From contig NC_058382.1 of NCBI RefSeq assembly GCF_018350175.1, positions 55,802,001 through 55,866,000 on the forward strand: a stretch of DNA of 64,000 nt, written 5' to 3'. Below the pieces are notes generated by a model, which made no database searches, was not told the DNA's origin, and was given only the letters and a program-made list of their open reading frames with translations. Shown one piece after another: positions 60,226 to 64,000 of the stretch (its first letter is position 1; each line of letters begins with the position of its first letter). Made by a program: the position numbers and the translations under genes. The DNA is from Felis catus. Lineage: Eukaryota.

Positions 60226-61989
60226 TATTCTATAGAATTAGGAGCAGTAGAACGGAATGGGGGGAGAGGGCAACTTCAAGGAAAGCCGTACCATGTTCTA
60301 GATGCTATACCCTGACCTTAAACCTCCCTGCAGCCCAATATGGTGGCTACCATATTTATTTTACTATTTTATAGTTGAGGCTCCCAGAGAAGAAATTATT
60401 TGCTCAGAGACTAACAGTTAATAAGTGCCAGATGATGATTTGAACCCAAGTGTTTGGATTCAGCAGCCCCATGGCTTACTATTAATTATTGCCTTTGCTG
60501 CAGTCAGGATTGCTCAGTCATGTCTACCTTGCAGACAATCATTTTAAGGATTAAATATAATGGTGTGGGTCAGCCCTTAGTTTAGGGCTCAACACTTAGT
60601 AAGAGCTCCAGAAATGATAGCTGCTATTAATGTTAAAATAGTAAGAAAAAGGAGGAGGGGTGGGGAGGGGAGGGGAGGGGAAGGAAGGGGGTCATGCTGT
60701 CATCATCACCACCACCATTAGGTGCTGGTGCTATCTTGGGCACTTTAAGTACATTATGTAATTTAATGCTCATAGCAAGCCTGGCCAATGTTCACCCATC
60801 CTTTCAGTCTCTAATTTTTGCTGGTATGGGTGTAATGTCTTCCTGGCACTGAAGCACTCACTTGCACTTCACGGACCTTGTTTGTGGTCTGTTGGGTGGG
60901 TAGGAAGCTTGAGTTGGCAAAGAAGGGTGCTGGCAAGGTGTGGTAGCGACTGAGCATGCTAAGAGGGTGGACAGGGTTTGGGTTTTATAAGAGGAGTGGA
61001 AGCTCTATTTTTAGCATCTGATTCACCCAGGGAAATTTGGAGCACTGTCCCCAGCATTCAGAAGTTGTGCATAGTAAGGAATGTATGAGCAGTTGTTGAA
61101 GACATCAGTGAGGGTGGGGAAGGAAACAAATATCATGGAGCCTCACTAATAGAGATCATAATTCTAAACTAGTCAAATGCCAATAGGAATGGAAGAGTGA
61201 TATTTTCCTTTAAGGAATTCCAGAAACTATTTCATACAACTGGCCTTGCCCCAAAAAGAAGAGGAAACACAGTGTACTTTAATTGGACTAAATAAAGATC
61301 AAGCTTAAGTGGGTTGTGAGGCAATTGCACTAACACAAAAGCCTTGAAATGAGAGAGATGTGAAGGTAGTGTGTGTTTACCAGGGGCTTGGAAACTTCCA
61401 GTTACAGAATTTATACCCAATCCTGTCCCTGATCAAGGGACACAGGGTACAAAGCTGGTAGGTAAGCCATTCCTGCTGCTCTCTGTCTATTGTCAACTCA
61501 TGCAAGACCAGGACAGCCTCCCCCCACCCTCCAGAGGCCATGAGCAGGTGGCAAGGGTCAGCATTTGTGCGTCATATTTCATGGCAGGCCCAGTTCTAGC
61601 TGGATGTTTGCTATGTGGTCCCTCCTTGAACCCTCACTCTAAACCTCTAAAGTATTTATTTTTGTCCCTTATTTTATGGGTGAGATGGAACTATTCTGCC
61701 AGGCCATTTAACTACAAATTGGCAGAACAGAATTCTAAACCAGGTCGATCTGACTCCCAGCATCTTGCTGATTCTACCACATCATGTGGCCTTTCCTTTC
61801 AATCCCATGGTCATGACCAGAGATTTCTCTACCTACGTTAATCCCATGAAAGAGGTCTTGCTGCCATGACCTCTCAGAGTACAGAACTGACTGACTCAGT
61901 TCAGCCCACATCCCTTAAAAGTCAGAGTGGAAGGTGGGGAGTAGGGAATTGATCTTTTGTTAAATACAACTAGTGCTTGTTTGGAAACC

Positions 61990-62076
61990 AAATGAAATGA
62001 AATGAGATGAAATGACATGGCATGACATGACAGAAAATAAAAGAAAAGAAAAGAAAAGAAAAAGAAAGAAAAAAGA
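61990..62076. repeat. Compound pentanucleotide repeat (GAAAT)(GACAT)(GAAAA)
   Basis: Direct read. Confidence 0.9.
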
Positions 62077-62329
62077 AGGTTCTGAAAAAGAACCATGAGT
62101 GGCTCAATGCATTCTATAAAATGAAATTAGGTGGTTCTCAATAAATTCATGCATGACTTCGTGTGTGTGTGTGTATGTGTGTGTATTTATGTAAGTATAC
62201 ATATACGTATGTGTGTAGATAATGGATAATTGGGTCATTAAATTTTTTCAGTGTATCGATTATTTTTTATGAAACCTAACTGTCCCATTATAGCCTGTGA
62301 AAAATCCAGTAATTGCCCCTTGCCTTTTA

Positions 62330-62750
62330 AAAAATAAAATAATTGATATGATTTAAATTGTTCAAGTAACAAGAGAATACATTCTAATCATCAGAAATCA
62401 AGGCAATTGCCCAATTGTGAACACCCCCATTCACTTGTTTCCTGTGGCTTCCAAGCCATCTCCCCTTTCCAGAGGTTCTCTGTGATCAGCTCAGGGTAAA
62501 TCTTTGTAGCCTTTTTTTCCCTATCATGTTCATGTATAGGAACATATAGAAATATGTGATTTCTTTCTTGTATTGAAAATGGGGCCCTGTACTGTGTATT
62601 ATTCTGCAACTTCTGTTATCATGGGTTGTGTCTTCTTTTTCCTTGGTGGCTATATACTAGCTCAGGGTACGAAGGTACCAAAATTCATTAACCATCCTCT
62701 ACTGATAGACATTTAGAAGGTTTCTTGTTTTTCGCTGTTACGAAGGCAAT
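62330..62750 (-). mobile_element. Old L1ME-like 3' fragment
   Basis: 'tactgtgtattattctgcaactt', 'ttaaccatcctctactgatagacatttag...tttttcgctgttac'. Confidence 0.55.
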
Positions 62751-63725
62751 TGTTTATTCTTTTATTCTGGGGAATGCTTGAGGTTTTACAGTCAACATAT
62801 GGCTAAGTAAATATTTAAGATTTTATGTTGACATTTTACTATCAAGTTCAGAACTTTTATTATGCCATTCACCTCTTCATTATATAATATGTATTCTCAC
62901 TTTCTAAGTTTTAGTTTACAAGGCCACAGCTATAAATGTTGGTTGTCTTTTCTAGACCATACGTCTTCAGTTTCCATAGCTAAGAGCCAGTGAACAGTCA
63001 CGATGACCCTGTCTTGGATATTTGAGTGATGGTTAGGGATGCATAAACTGGAGAAAATAGAGAAGTGGCCTGTTAGAGATTCAAGAACTCAAATCCTGCC
63101 CCTCCCTCCCTGCAGACCCTTATTCAACTGAAAATAGACATGAAGAACCAGGTGATTATCCAGTGAGACCTCAGATGCGTTAATGAGCAAGGCCAGTGAC
63201 AAACCCTTCAAATTGATTAACTGTGCTGGAGAGCGTAGCTTGGACCTGATCAAAATGGGTGTTTTTGCAGACAAGCCCTAAATCTAACCTTAGACCTATC
63301 TGAAGTGAGTCCGGGGTTTCAGCAATCTTCCTAGCAAGTTCCCATCCAGCAGAGGGTTTCCAGCTGCTTAATAACCCGTCACTAGTGAGGAGATAGAGTT
63401 ATGCTGCCTGCTTATCTATCCTTACTAGGTGGCCCAAAGATGGCATACCTTCCCCAATCTCCACAGAAATATCATGGAGCCTCACTAATAGAGATCATAA
63501 TTCTAAACTAGTGACCCTCCCATAAGAATGGATGAGTGAGGAGGTGTAAAGGGGAGGGACAGAAGAACTCCAGTCCTTCTCTCTCCTGGGGAGTGGCGTA
63601 GGGGTGCCCTCATGGAAACACACAAGGAAGGGACATGATGTGTCCTGCTAGGTATTCCTTAAAATGACAGATTTTCCACACACAAAAAATTTGATGTTAA
63701 TTTTTATTTACTGTTACAAACAGAA

Positions 63726-64000
63726 TGTTTACAGGGTTGAATAGTGTGACCCACAAAAAGATAGGACCATATCCCAATATTCATTCCCTGTGAATGTTAC
63801 CTTCTTTGGAAAAGAGTCTTTACAAATAGAGTTCAACCCTGGATTAGCCAGATGGGTCCGGAATCCAATGACAAGTGACCTTAGATAGAGGATACAGAGG
63901 AGAAGGCCATATGAAGTAGGAGGCAGAGGTGAGAGGGATGTGGCCACAGACTAAGAAACATCTGGATCCCCAGAGGCTGAAAGACATGAGTAAGGATTCT
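63726..64000 (+). mobile_element. MaLR LTR (MLT1B/C-like), truncated by window edge
   Basis: 'gggttgaatagtgt...cctgtgaatgttaccttctttggaaaagagtcttt...aatccaatgacaagtg...gagaaggccatatgaag...ggaggcagag'. Confidence 0.8.

Overview
Non-coding mammalian genomic DNA, almost certainly from a felid (cat family). It carries 16 carnivore tRNA-derived SINEs, several closely matching the young feline SINEC_Fc type. These lie on an older eutherian repeat background: MIR, L2, L1M, MaLR/MLT1, MLT2, LTR16/33, and hAT elements MER20, MER5A, MER58A, MER3/33 and MER63. I find no credible protein-coding exon, RNA gene or CRISPR array; the listed ORFs are explained by repeats, microsatellites or chance. The window reads as intergenic DNA or a large intron, and I cannot name the locus. 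I did not find a new multi-gene biological system. The most notable items are small: a perfect 46-bp block duplicated 2.3 kb apart next to a diverged homologous tail, a ~90-bp direct duplication, a 49-50-bp minisatellite with a built-in palindrome, a MIR with an internally amplified segment, a phased heat-shock-element-like array, an L1 with a twin-priming-type inversion, a SINE nested in a SINE, and a CTCF-like site. Repeat family names come from my recall of consensus sequences, not a database search, and boundaries of old repeats are approximate.
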